NCBI GenBank assembly: GCA_029548565.1
Contig: JAKPNF010000036.1
Span: forward strand, 1 to 60,136
DNA: 60,136 nt
Direction: 5' to 3'
From: Verrucomicrobiota bacterium
GTDB taxonomy: Bacteria; Verrucomicrobiota; Verrucomicrobiia; Opitutales; JAKPNF01
The notes below the pieces were generated by a model. That model had not been told where the DNA came from. It worked only from the letters and a program-made list of their open reading frames with translations, and searched no databases. Positions within the stretch are counted from its first letter, which is position 1. The number at the start of each line of letters is the position of its first letter. Below, piece after piece: positions 38,030 through 46,518 of this stretch. A program made the translations under genes and the position numbers.

Positions 38030-39553
38030 TCAACTGCCCTTTCCTAAATTCAATTCTCCCGGGATGACGCCCGCGTTGCCCAGTGTCCTTAAAAACGCGA
38101 AAATTTCCGCGGCTCGTTTTTTGCCGAAGCCGGGGGCGGCGGCGATTTCCTGTTCGCTGGCGGCGCGCAGTTTTTGGATGTTTCCAAAATGCGACAGCAA
38201 GGCCGCGCGGCGCTTGGGGCCAAGGGCGGGGCAGGCGTCCAGCACGCTCTCCTTTATTTTTTTGGAGCGCAGTTGGGCATTGAAGGAATTGGCGAAGCGG
38301 TGCGCCTCGTCGCGCAGGCGTTGCAGCAGCCGCAGCGCGCGGTCTTCGCGCGGGAGGGTGAGCGGTTTTTTCTCGGGATCGGCGAAAATGATTTGCTCTT
38401 CTTTTTATGCCAGGCCGATCAGGGGCGGGGGCTTCAAACCGTGCGCCTCAAAGGCTTTGAGGGCGGCTTTGACTTGGCCAAGCCCGCCGTCGATAACGAC
38501 CAGGTCGGGGAAGCGTTTTTTCTCTGCGTGCAAACGCGTGTAGCGTCGGCCGACCACCTCCTGCATGGCGCGAAAATCGTCGTTGCCGACAAAACTCTTG
38601 ATGCGAAAATGCCGGTAGCCGCGCTTGTCGGGAAGTCCGTTTTCAAAGCGCACCATCGAGGCCACGGCCAACTGCCCGCCGATGTGAGAGATGTCGAAAC
38701 ACTCCATTGTTTTTGGAGATTTTTTCAGGCCGAGCGCTTTTTTGAGCGCCGAGACGGCGGTTTGGGCGTCGTTAACGCGCGGCAGCGCGCGGGTGAATTT
38801 GCGCGCGGGGGTGAAGGTGCCCTCGAGTTGCTCGAGCAAATCGCGCAAGCGGGCGGCTTCCTCGAAACGCATGGCTTGGGCGGCGCGGCTCATTTGTTCC
38901 TTGAGTTCGCCGCGCCATTGCCGCGCGCGGTCTTCCAGAAATTCGACGGCCTTCTCCAGTGCGCCGAGGTAGTCTTCGCGCGCGACCTCGTTGGGGTGGC
39001 CGTAGATTTCGGCGCGGGCGTCGTCGTAAAGTTTCCAGCGACCGTCGGGCTGCTTTTTCGGGGTGGTGTCGCCGAGCAAAACACCGAAGCGCTTGCGTAT
39101 TTGCGCGAGGGTTTTGCGCAGCGCCGTCGAATGGGCGAAGGGGCCAAAATAGCGCGCCCCGTCCTCGCGGCGCAGGCGGCACACGACAAATTGGGGGATG
39201 GGGCGCTTGATATCCAAACGCACGAGCGGGAAGCGCTTGTCGTCCACAAAGTCGGTGTTGTACTTGGGCCGCCAGTGCTTGATGAGCCGCCCCTCGAGCA
39301 AAATCGCCTCTGTCTCGTTGCGCACGACGCTTACCTCCACGTCGCGCACCAACGGCATCATGGCGGCGATCTTCGGGCGCTCGATTCCCGCGCGGCGCCC
39401 GCGCAAAAAATAACTGCCCACGCGCTTTTTCAAATCCTTGGCCTTGCCCACATACAGGATGGAGCCGAAGCGGTCTTTCATCATGTAAATGCCCGGGGCA
39501 TGCGGCAGCGCGCGCAATTTTTCCTTGAGTGTGGCTGAATGTGCTGCTGACAT
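38030..39553 (-). pseudogene. uvrC: excinuclease ABC subunit C, interrupted by one in-frame TAA (38405..38407)
   Basis: GIY-YIG N-terminus (GIYMMKDRFGSILYVGKAKDLKKRVGSY). The same frame continues through the stop: ...PPPLIGLA*KEEQIIFADPEKKPLTLPREDRALRLLQRLRDEAHRFANSF...ALGPKRRAALLSHFG (RNase-H-like and HhH domains). Confidence 0.8.
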
Positions 39554-39630
39554 GGTCTTGCGGGACGTACGCTGGCAGTTTAACGCCGGCGCCCGTATTT
39601 TCGCAATCCCCATTGACAAATAGAAACCTT

Positions 39631-40122
39631 ATGAAAGCCGATATGTTTTTTCACCTCGACGGGCCTTGCCTAGTGGACGAGGCGTTGCGCGCAAAACTCG
39701 TGAAGGCGAAGAAAAAAATAGCCTTTGCCGAGTCAATCACCGGCGGTTTGCTCGGCGCGGCGCTCACGCAGCAATCGGGCAGCTCCGCCTATTTCGCGGG
39801 CAGCGCCGTGTGTTATTGCGACAAGGCAAAAACGCGCGTGCTCGGCGTGGACAAAACCATCCTCGAAAAAAAAGGCGCCGTCAGCCACGCCTGCGCGGCC
39901 GCGATGGCGCAAGGGGCGCTCGAACTATACGGCTGCGACATCGCGCTAAGCGTGACGGGCTTTGCCGATCCCGCCAATAAGGACGCCGGGAAAGTCTACA
40001 TAGGCTGGGCGCTAAAAGGCGCCGATGCCATGGCAAAGAGTTTCAAATTTTCCGGCACCCGCGCCCACGTGCGCCTGTGCGCCGCGCAGGCGGTGTTGGA
40101 GAAGTTGAAACTGCTGGTTTGA
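39631..40122 (+). CDS. CinA C-terminal domain protein / nicotinamide-nucleotide amidohydrolase (PncC-like)
   Basis: ATG 39631. IAFAESITGGLLGAALTQQSGSSAYFAGSAVCYCDKAKTRVLGV is the CinA/PncC signature region. Confidence 0.8.
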   Translation: MKADMFFHLDGPCLVDEALRAKLVKAKKKIAFAESITGGLLGAALTQQSGSSAYFAGSAVCYCDKAKTRVLGVDKTILEKKGAVSHACAAAMAQGALELYGCDIALSVTGFADPANKDAGKVYIGWALKGADAMAKSFKFSGTRAHVRLCAAQAVLEKLKLLV

Positions 40123-40132
40123 AGGCATTCAC

Positions 40133-40164
40133 AAAAAAACCGTGGAATTGCTTCCACGGTTTTT
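40133..40164. terminator. bidirectional intrinsic terminator between the convergent cinA-like and SWIB genes
   Basis: Stem accgtggaa (40139..40147) pairs with ttccacggt (40152..40160), loop ttgc. A7 lies 5' and T4 lies 3'. Confidence 0.7.
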
Positions 40165-40205
40165 GCAAGGATGCGTGCCGTATGAGGGCGCGCCCGCAAA
40201 AGGAA

Positions 40206-40505
40206 CTACTCCAGGTGACCGGAAACCAGCTTGGTCATCTCGAACATGCTGACAGAGTTCTTGCCGTTGAACACAGCCTTGAGGGCGGCGTCGGCATTGA
40301 TCTGGCGCTTGTTCTTCTTGTCCTGCAGTCCGTTCTTTTTAATGTAATCCCAGAGCTTCTTGGTCAGCTCGGTGCGGGGCAGCGGCTTGGAGCCGACGAC
40401 CGCTGCGAGTTTCGCATCGGGGGTTACGGGTTTCATGAAGGCCGCGCTGGGCTTGCGCTTCGCGGGTTTCTTCTTGGCGGAAGTGGTTTTCTTTTTGGTT
40501 GCCAT
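40206..40505 (-). CDS. SWIB/MDM2-domain protein with a Lys-rich N-terminal tail
   Basis: 99 aa. MATKKKTTSAKKKPAKRKP is followed by LAAVVGSKPLPRTELTKKLWDYIKKNGLQD...INADAALKAVFNGK..VSMFEMTKLVSGHL, the classic SWIB pattern. Confidence 0.8.
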   Translation of the reverse strand: MATKKKTTSAKKKPAKRKPSAAFMKPVTPDAKLAAVVGSKPLPRTELTKKLWDYIKKNGLQDKKNKRQINADAALKAVFNGKNSVSMFEMTKLVSGHLE

Positions 40506-40645
40506 ACGCCCTTTATTTCAATGCCGCTTTCAACGATTTGCAACATCTTTTTAAGAGGGAAAAACAGTTTTTTTTCGAGGGGGAAAACAGCAAAAGACAG
40601 TTGACGGCGGGCTTTCAGAGTGCTAGTTGCGCGTGTATCCAGTTA

Positions 40646-41311
40646 TTAAATACGATTTTCCCGCGCTTTTGCGACAAATTCCGAAAGGCTTCTGCACACC
40701 GCGCGTGCGGCCGCCCTGTCTTCGGGCGTGGGCGGTTTTAGGTCGGGAATCATGATGGGGCACATCCCCGCCGCCTTGGCGCCGCGTATGCCCGCCGGGC
40801 TGTCTTCCAATACGACGATGTGCGCGTGCGGCAAGTTGAAGGGATTGGCGGCCTCAAGGTAAATGTCGGGGGCGGGCTTGCCGTGCGCCACGCGGTCGGC
40901 ACCGACCACCTCGCCCAAGCGAGGCAGGATCCCCGCCTTCTCCAGCTTGAAACGCGCCAGCTGCGTGCGCGTGGAAGTGGCCACCGCCCGCGGCAACGCG
41001 CGCTCGTCCAAAAAGTCCAGCAGCTCGCCGACGCCCGGGCGCAGGGGGATGGGCTCGTTTTCAACCATCCGCCCGTAAAGCGCGTGGAAGCGCTCAAAGA
41101 GTTCGCGCGTGTCGGTGCCTGGCGGGTAAAAGGCGGCCGTTGTCTGCGGTAACACGTGCGCGGGCAGGCCGATCAGTTGCACATAAATCTCCATCGAGAG
41201 GGCAAGCCCCATCGACTGCGCGGCGGCCTGCAGCGCACGGTATGACATGCGCTCGGTGTCGAGCAAAAGCCCGTCCATGTCGAGAATGACGGCGGCGGGA
41301 AACGGTTTCAT
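40646..41311 (-). CDS. HAD-superfamily hydrolase (beta-phosphoglucomutase-like phosphatase subfamily)
   Basis: ATG 41311 gives MKPFPAAVILDMDGLLLDTE (HAD motif I, DxDG). Later blocks are ATST, GKPAPDIY and VLEDSPAGIRGAKAAG. Confidence 0.8.
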   Translation of the reverse strand: MKPFPAAVILDMDGLLLDTERMSYRALQAAAQSMGLALSMEIYVQLIGLPAHVLPQTTAAFYPPGTDTRELFERFHALYGRMVENEPIPLRPGVGELLDFLDERALPRAVATSTRTQLARFKLEKAGILPRLGEVVGADRVAHGKPAPDIYLEAANPFNLPHAHIVVLEDSPAGIRGAKAAGMCPIMIPDLKPPTPEDRAAARAVCRSLSEFVAKARENRI

Positions 41312-41434
41312 TCTCCCACGATGCGCCCGCGCCCTTGCCGTTGTCAATTTTTTGCCGCTGACATTTGCGCCGAATCGCCCTAGGCTGTGTTTTCAAATTA
41401 GGGTTTTAAAAACACAGCCTAGCTTTGAGTACAA

Positions 41435-42208
41435 ATGAAAACGAAGCCCCAAAAGATCTCCCTCGCCCAAGCGGTCGCCTTTTGCGATACGCTGACCAGC
41501 CGCAAAAAAATCGCCGATTTCGAGGGCGCTGTCAACGGCCTGCAATGCGCCAATCGCTCGGGCGCTGTCACGCATATCGGCGCGGCAGTCGACGCGGGGT
41601 TGGCGGCCTTCGAGCGCGCCGCTTTCGCCGGGGTCGATTTTTTGATCGTGCACCACGGGCTTTTTTGGACGAACCCCGTCCCGCTGACCGGCGTTAATTT
41701 CAAGCGCGTGGACGCCCTCATGGCGCAGAACATCGCGCTTTACGGTAGCCACCTGCCGCTGGACGCGCACAAGGATTTTGGGAACTCCGCGACCATCGCG
41801 CGGCTGCTGAGTCTGAAAATTTCAAAGTGGGAACTGCCCTACGAGGGCACGCCGCTGGTGCCCACCGTCACAAGCTGCCCCGCACGCACGGCCTTGCGCT
41901 CAAAATTGGAAAAACTGTTTCCGCGCACCCTTGCGATCGAAAAAGGCCCCGCGCGGCCGAAGAAAATCGCGGTGGTGAGCGGTTCGGGCGCGGGCGTCAT
42001 GCCTCATCTCAAGGAAATCGGTGTGGACACGCTCGTTACCGGTGAGCTGCGCCAAGCCCACTATGCCCAGGCGGAGGACGAGGGTCTCAATCTCTACTGT
42101 TGCGGCCATTACGCCACCGAGGTTTTTGGCGTTCAGGCGCTCGCCCAGCGCCTTGGCAAAAAATTTGACCTTCCGTGGACGTGGATAGGCTCGGACTGCC
42201 CTCTGTGA
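41435..42208 (+). CDS. Nif3-like dinuclear metal center protein (GTP cyclohydrolase I type 2 homolog family)
   Basis: 257 aa. GVDFLIVHHGLFW, LYGSHLPLDAH and the C-terminal CGHYATE are NIF3/YbgI family blocks. Confidence 0.8.
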   Translation: MKTKPQKISLAQAVAFCDTLTSRKKIADFEGAVNGLQCANRSGAVTHIGAAVDAGLAAFERAAFAGVDFLIVHHGLFWTNPVPLTGVNFKRVDALMAQNIALYGSHLPLDAHKDFGNSATIARLLSLKISKWELPYEGTPLVPTVTSCPARTALRSKLEKLFPRTLAIEKGPARPKKIAVVSGSGAGVMPHLKEIGVDTLVTGELRQAHYAQAEDEGLNLYCCGHYATEVFGVQALAQRLGKKFDLPWTWIGSDCPL

Positions 42209-42251
42209 TTTTGAAAATAATAAAAAAGCATCTTAAAATCCTTTCACCGCC

Positions 42252-43118
42252 ATGCTAAAACCGCTGCCCGAAGTTTTCCACTATCTTGACGAAATCGCCT
42301 TCTTCTTGTGCATGGCCGGCATTTTGGTGCTGATCGCCGAAATCGCCTTTCGCTACGGGCGCCGCCGTGCGAAAAAGGAAATGACTGCCGATCTGGGCGG
42401 CCAAGTTTCCGCCTTGGGCGGCACCCTGCTCGGACTGGTGGCGCTGCTGTTGGGCTTTGCCTTCGCGATGGCGCTGGGGCGTTTTAATACTCGCCAGGAT
42501 TTGCTGCGCCAGGAAGTCAACGACATCCAGGCCGCCTACCTGCGCGCGGACACCTTGGGATATTTTCGCGGTGCGGAAATGAAAAACCATCTGGCCGAGT
42601 ATACACGTTTGCGCGTCGAATATTACACGCCCGGCACTCTGGCCGCGCAGATGCAGGAAAACATCGCCCAAACGGACGCCCTTCAAAAGAAGATGTGGAA
42701 AAACGCCGTCGATTTGCTCAATCAGGCCAACAAAAAAACTGACCTGTCTCCCGGCCAAGTTTCCGACTTCATGGGCGCGCTGACCCGCGTGTTCACCGAT
42801 GAGAACAACCGCACCGCCGCGCGCGGCAACCACATTCCGGAGGCGATTTTGTGGCTGTTGATTTTTGTGTCGGCCTGCGCCGTGGGCACAGTGGCCTACG
42901 GGGTGGGCTTGAAGGGCTCGCGTATTCTTCTGCCGATAATGGTGCTGATCGTTGCGATTTGCGCGGTGCTGAGCATCATTTTGGATTTGGACAGGCCGAT
43001 ACGCGGAATTATCCGCATAGGCCAAAGGGACATGGCGGCCCTGCACGAGATGATCGAGAAGGATGTGAAGGCCATACCGATAACCAGAAGAACCGCTGTT
43101 AGGCAGGATGGCAATTAG
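42252..43118 (+). CDS. membrane protein of unknown function (DUF4239-like impression)
   Basis: 288 aa with TM helices at the N-terminus, at ~aa 55-75 and two near the C-terminus. LGRFNTRQDLLRQEVNDIQAAYLRAD is a helical middle part. Confidence 0.45.
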   Translation: MLKPLPEVFHYLDEIAFFLCMAGILVLIAEIAFRYGRRRAKKEMTADLGGQVSALGGTLLGLVALLLGFAFAMALGRFNTRQDLLRQEVNDIQAAYLRADTLGYFRGAEMKNHLAEYTRLRVEYYTPGTLAAQMQENIAQTDALQKKMWKNAVDLLNQANKKTDLSPGQVSDFMGALTRVFTDENNRTAARGNHIPEAILWLLIFVSACAVGTVAYGVGLKGSRILLPIMVLIVAICAVLSIILDLDRPIRGIIRIGQRDMAALHEMIEKDVKAIPITRRTAVRQDGN

Positions 43119-43145
43119 GATAGCGAGCTATCACGCACACCTGCA

Positions 43146-43223
43146 GGATGCGCCAGCATCCGTCGTAAAAATTTTTTGAAAGGGGCGCGGGAAGATTTTT
43201 TTATTTAAAAAAGTTTTCCCCGC
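43146..43223 (+). repeat. intergenic hairpin repeat, copy C
   Basis: Sequence ggatgcgccagcatccgtcgtaaaaattttttgaaaggggcgcgggaagattttttttatttaaaaaagttttccccgc, followed by ttttctt. It lies between two convergent genes. Confidence 0.75.
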
Positions 43224-43240
43224 TTTTCTTCAAAAAAAAA

Positions 43241-44884
43241 TTATTCCCACAGGGGAACGTGGGAGAAGCTGTTCACGTCAAAAAGCCCTTTGTCGGTTAA
43301 TTTCAGGCTGGGGATGACGGGCAGGGCCATGAAGGAGAGGGTCATGAAGGGGGCGTGCAGGGGGCAGCCCAGTTCGGCGGCTCGGGTGTTCAGGTGTTTG
43401 TATAAACGTTCGACGTCTTCTTCGGGCAGGTCGCTCATCAGCCCGGCTATGGGCAGGGGCAGCAGGGCTTCTTCCTGGTTGCGTTGGCCGACCACGCACA
43501 GGCCGCCTTTGGCGGCGATCACGGCGTTGATGGCGTGGCATAGCGATAGGTCGTCGACGCCCACGGCCACGATGTTGTGCGAGTCGTGGGCGACGGAGGT
43601 GGCCAGCGCGCCTTGCTTTAAACCAAAGCCGCGCACAAAGCCCAGGGCGATGGGGGCGTTTTGCTCGTAGCGGTTGACGACTGCTATTTTTAAAAGATCG
43701 CGTTTGGTGTCGCTGACGGCCTCGCCGTGTTCGATGAGCGGAGCTTCGAGCGGGGCGTGGGTGTATAGCTCGCCGTCGACCGCGCCGATGACGCGCAGTT
43801 TTTTTCCTGCGACAGCCGGTATCTGAAATTCGGCGGGCGAGCGGAAGGCGACCTTGAAGCGGTTGACGGGTTTGACGCCCAGATGCGGCCACAGGCAAAC
43901 GCCGTGTTCGACCACGCATTGCCCTTCGATAAAGCAGCGTTTTATCTCAAAGGATTTTAGATCGGCCAACTCCACGAAGTCCGCGCGGTCGCCTGTTTGC
44001 AGCAGCCCGAGCTTCAGCCCGTAATGGCGCACGGGATTGAGCGTGGCGATTTTGAGCATCGTCATCGGGTCGATTCCCTTGGCCACGCCGCGGGCCAGCA
44101 GGATGTTCATGGCGTTGTCCTTCGTGCCGTCGGGGTGAAAATCGTCGTGGCAGAGCATCACGCGCTCGGGGGACTCTTTCATGAGCGGCCAGAGCGTCTC
44201 GAAATTGCGGGCGGCCGAGCCTTCGCGGATGATTACATGCATTCCCTGACGCACGCGCTGGCGGCCCTCCTCGAGCGAGGAGACTTCGTGGTCGGTGCTG
44301 ATGCCCGCGTTGATGTAGCTGGAAAGCCCCTCGTCCAGCACGCTGGGGCTGTGGCCGTCGATGGGTTTGTTCCTTTTTTTTGCCTCGGCCAAAATCGCGG
44401 CCACGCGCTCGTCGTTGCCGATGACGCCGGGGAAATTCATCATCTCGGCCAAATGCGTGATGCGCGCATCGTCTAGCAACTGCCCGACTTCCTTGGGGCC
44501 AAAGACCGCCCCTGCCGTCTCGAAGGGGGTAGAGGGCACGCAGCTCGGCGCGCCGAAAGCGAAGACAAAGGGCCGGCGCGCGGCGTCTTCGAGCATCCAG
44601 TAAACGCCGTCCAGCCCCATCACGTTGGCGATCTCATGGGGGTCGGCCACGGCCGCGAGCGTCCCCTGCTTGACAGCGGCGCGCGCGTATTCGCTGGGCG
44701 GCAGCATCGCGCTTTCGATATGCACATGCGCGTCGACAAATCCGGGGACAAACACGCTGGCTCCCTCGGCCGGCGGCTCGGCGCTCTCCTCTATGGAAAC
44801 GATGCGTCCGTCTTGCACCGAAAAACTGCCCGCGAACAAGCGCCCGTTGACGATGTCCGCTATCCAGCCGCTGTAGGTAGTCAT
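43241..44884 (-). CDS. ade: adenine deaminase
   Basis: ATG 44884 gives MTTYSGWIADIVNGRLF; the ORF opens at TTG 44920. VPGFVDAHVHIESAML is the amidohydrolase HxH metal motif in adenine deaminase context. Length is ~547 aa. Confidence 0.85.
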   Translation of the reverse strand: MTTYSGWIADIVNGRLFAGSFSVQDGRIVSIEESAEPPAEGASVFVPGFVDAHVHIESAMLPPSEYARAAVKQGTLAAVADPHEIANVMGLDGVYWMLEDAARRPFVFAFGAPSCVPSTPFETAGAVFGPKEVGQLLDDARITHLAEMMNFPGVIGNDERVAAILAEAKKRNKPIDGHSPSVLDEGLSSYINAGISTDHEVSSLEEGRQRVRQGMHVIIREGSAARNFETLWPLMKESPERVMLCHDDFHPDGTKDNAMNILLARGVAKGIDPMTMLKIATLNPVRHYGLKLGLLQTGDRADFVELADLKSFEIKRCFIEGQCVVEHGVCLWPHLGVKPVNRFKVAFRSPAEFQIPAVAGKKLRVIGAVDGELYTHAPLEAPLIEHGEAVSDTKRDLLKIAVVNRYEQNAPIALGFVRGFGLKQGALATSVAHDSHNIVAVGVDDLSLCHAINAVIAAKGGLCVVGQRNQEEALLPLPIAGLMSDLPEEDVERLYKHLNTRAAELGCPLHAPFMTLSFMALPVIPSLKLTDKGLFDVNSFSHVPLWE

Positions 44885-45011
44885 GAAAAAACTATGTGAG
44901 ATGCGCGGCGGGTGCGTCAAACATTTGCGCGCAGCGTGCGAGTATTGTCACAAAGCGCAACGCGCAGGCGTTTTTCATGGCTGACAAAACGGATGTTTTT
45001 CGTTTTACTAA

Positions 45012-45557
45012 ATGTCTACCATGTCCACTCACCCCCACGAACAATACCTTGAAGTCATCCAGCGTGAAGAATTTTTAGCCTTCTTCACTTTTGCCCAACT
45101 GCCCGGCGTCGGCGCCGAGCTTACCGGTTTGGTGAAAATCGCGCGCCCGTCCGAAGGCGGCGGCATGCCGATTAACTACCTCTCGCTCACCTTCATTGTC
45201 GACACGCCCGACGACTCCATTTTCCGCGCCGCCAAGGCGCAGTTTGGCCGCCTCAACCTGGGCGATTTCCAGCGCCACATTCCCGGCGTGCGCGCCATGA
45301 CGAGCGTGCCGGCCACCGGTTTTGCCGGGCCGCACTATGTGCACCAGCTCGACCTTGTTTTCAGCGGCGCGCTGCCCGCGGATTTGAACACGCTGATCTT
45401 GCAATCCGGCGCCGCCGTGCGCCAGGCGATTTCGGCCAAGACGGAGGCTCCCCAATATTGGGACGACCCCTCGCAGGCGCCCAAGAAAACGCAGGACGAG
45501 CAAAACAACCTCGGCGCGCGCCTGAAGGCGCTGCTGGGCTTGTTCACGGGCAATTGA
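45012..45557 (+). CDS. hypothetical protein
   Basis: 181 aa with no signal peptide, TM helix or recognisable motif. Coding is supported by its length, its position 9 nt upstream of the next co-directional gene, and GC-rich third codon positions. Confidence 0.45.
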   Translation: MSTMSTHPHEQYLEVIQREEFLAFFTFAQLPGVGAELTGLVKIARPSEGGGMPINYLSLTFIVDTPDDSIFRAAKAQFGRLNLGDFQRHIPGVRAMTSVPATGFAGPHYVHQLDLVFSGALPADLNTLILQSGAAVRQAISAKTEAPQYWDDPSQAPKKTQDEQNNLGARLKALLGLFTGN

Positions 45558-45566
45558 TTTTCCCGC

Positions 45567-46355
45567 ATGCACCGCCTAAAGACAGCGTGTGTGTGCGTGA
45601 TGGCTCTGGCGTGCGCGCTGGCGGCTGAGTTGCCCGACGACCCGAGTCCGGAAGAAATTTTCCGTGGCGGTAAAAAGGAGGACACGGCTGCGCTTAACGA
45701 AAAAATCGAGGCGCGGCAGGTCGCCACGCAGGATTATTTAAAGGAACGCCTCGACAGCGCGGTTGAGGCGATCAAAGGACGGCAAGCACCCTCGGACAAC
45801 GCCATCCCTGCGGAAATTTGGCGCGCGTGCAAGGGGTTTTATGTCTTTGACCAGTGGCAGGCAGGCCACCTCATCACGACGGAAGTGTGCGCCGGCGTCG
45901 GCGCCGCGCGTGTGGGGGAAAATTGGAGCGCGGCCGTGTTTTATCGCGCGTTTGATTTGGGGCGCGGGCTTAAGGCCGGCACACGGCAGGCGCGCCACAT
46001 CTTTTTATTTGCCATGAGCGATAAGGCGCGCGCGTGGATGGATTTGAGCCACCTGGATTTGGCGCAGCAGGTCAAGGACGGGGCAAAGATCGCGCTCGGG
46101 CCGATGAAAGAAGTTCCGCCCGGATTCGATCCATTGTCGGCGGACATCTGGGTCTACGACGACAGCGCTGTGGAATTGGAAGACCCCGCACAATACCCCG
46201 TTATCGGCACGATCCTCGATAACCCTTGGACCACCAAGGAGCTTTACAATTTCTCGAGATTAATCGACACAAAAGGTGTTTTGCGCAGTTCAGGAATACG
46301 CCCACCGCCCTTGGTGGCCGAGCTTAGAGAATTGTTGATCAAACAGTTACAATAA
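45567..46355 (+). CDS. secreted SYLF (Ysc84/DUF500)-like lipid-binding domain protein
   Basis: Signal peptide MHRLKTACVCVMALACALAAE. GFYVFDQWQAGHLITTEVCAGVGAARVGENWSAAVFYRAFDLGRGLKAG...IFLFAMSDKA resembles the SYLF domain core. Confidence 0.5.
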   Translation: MHRLKTACVCVMALACALAAELPDDPSPEEIFRGGKKEDTAALNEKIEARQVATQDYLKERLDSAVEAIKGRQAPSDNAIPAEIWRACKGFYVFDQWQAGHLITTEVCAGVGAARVGENWSAAVFYRAFDLGRGLKAGTRQARHIFLFAMSDKARAWMDLSHLDLAQQVKDGAKIALGPMKEVPPGFDPLSADIWVYDDSAVELEDPAQYPVIGTILDNPWTTKELYNFSRLIDTKGVLRSSGIRPPPLVAELRELLIKQLQ

Positions 46356-46518
46356 TAAAAAGTGGCGATAGGACTGCCGGAGAACTTCCGCGATTGCTTG
46401 TCTTTTTGTGACAGACAAAAGAATCGTCTCGACAAAGGCGCATAATTGTCTTATCGTAAATAGCTTGCCGCTTGCGCGTCCGGCGCGGCGTATTGCTCAG
46501 CAACTCATTTTACGTTTT

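Noticed and set aside
3088-43223. Whether the repeated hairpins could be a CRISPR array.
   Set aside because: The copies are 22-40 kb apart except for one inverted pair. They are not direct repeats with regular spacers, and no cas genes are present.
44885-45011. Possible purine riboswitch upstream of adenine deaminase.
   Set aside because: Neither strand of the leader shows the conserved purine-riboswitch junction or loop motifs (UAUAAU...CGUAAA type), and I could not draw a three-way junction.
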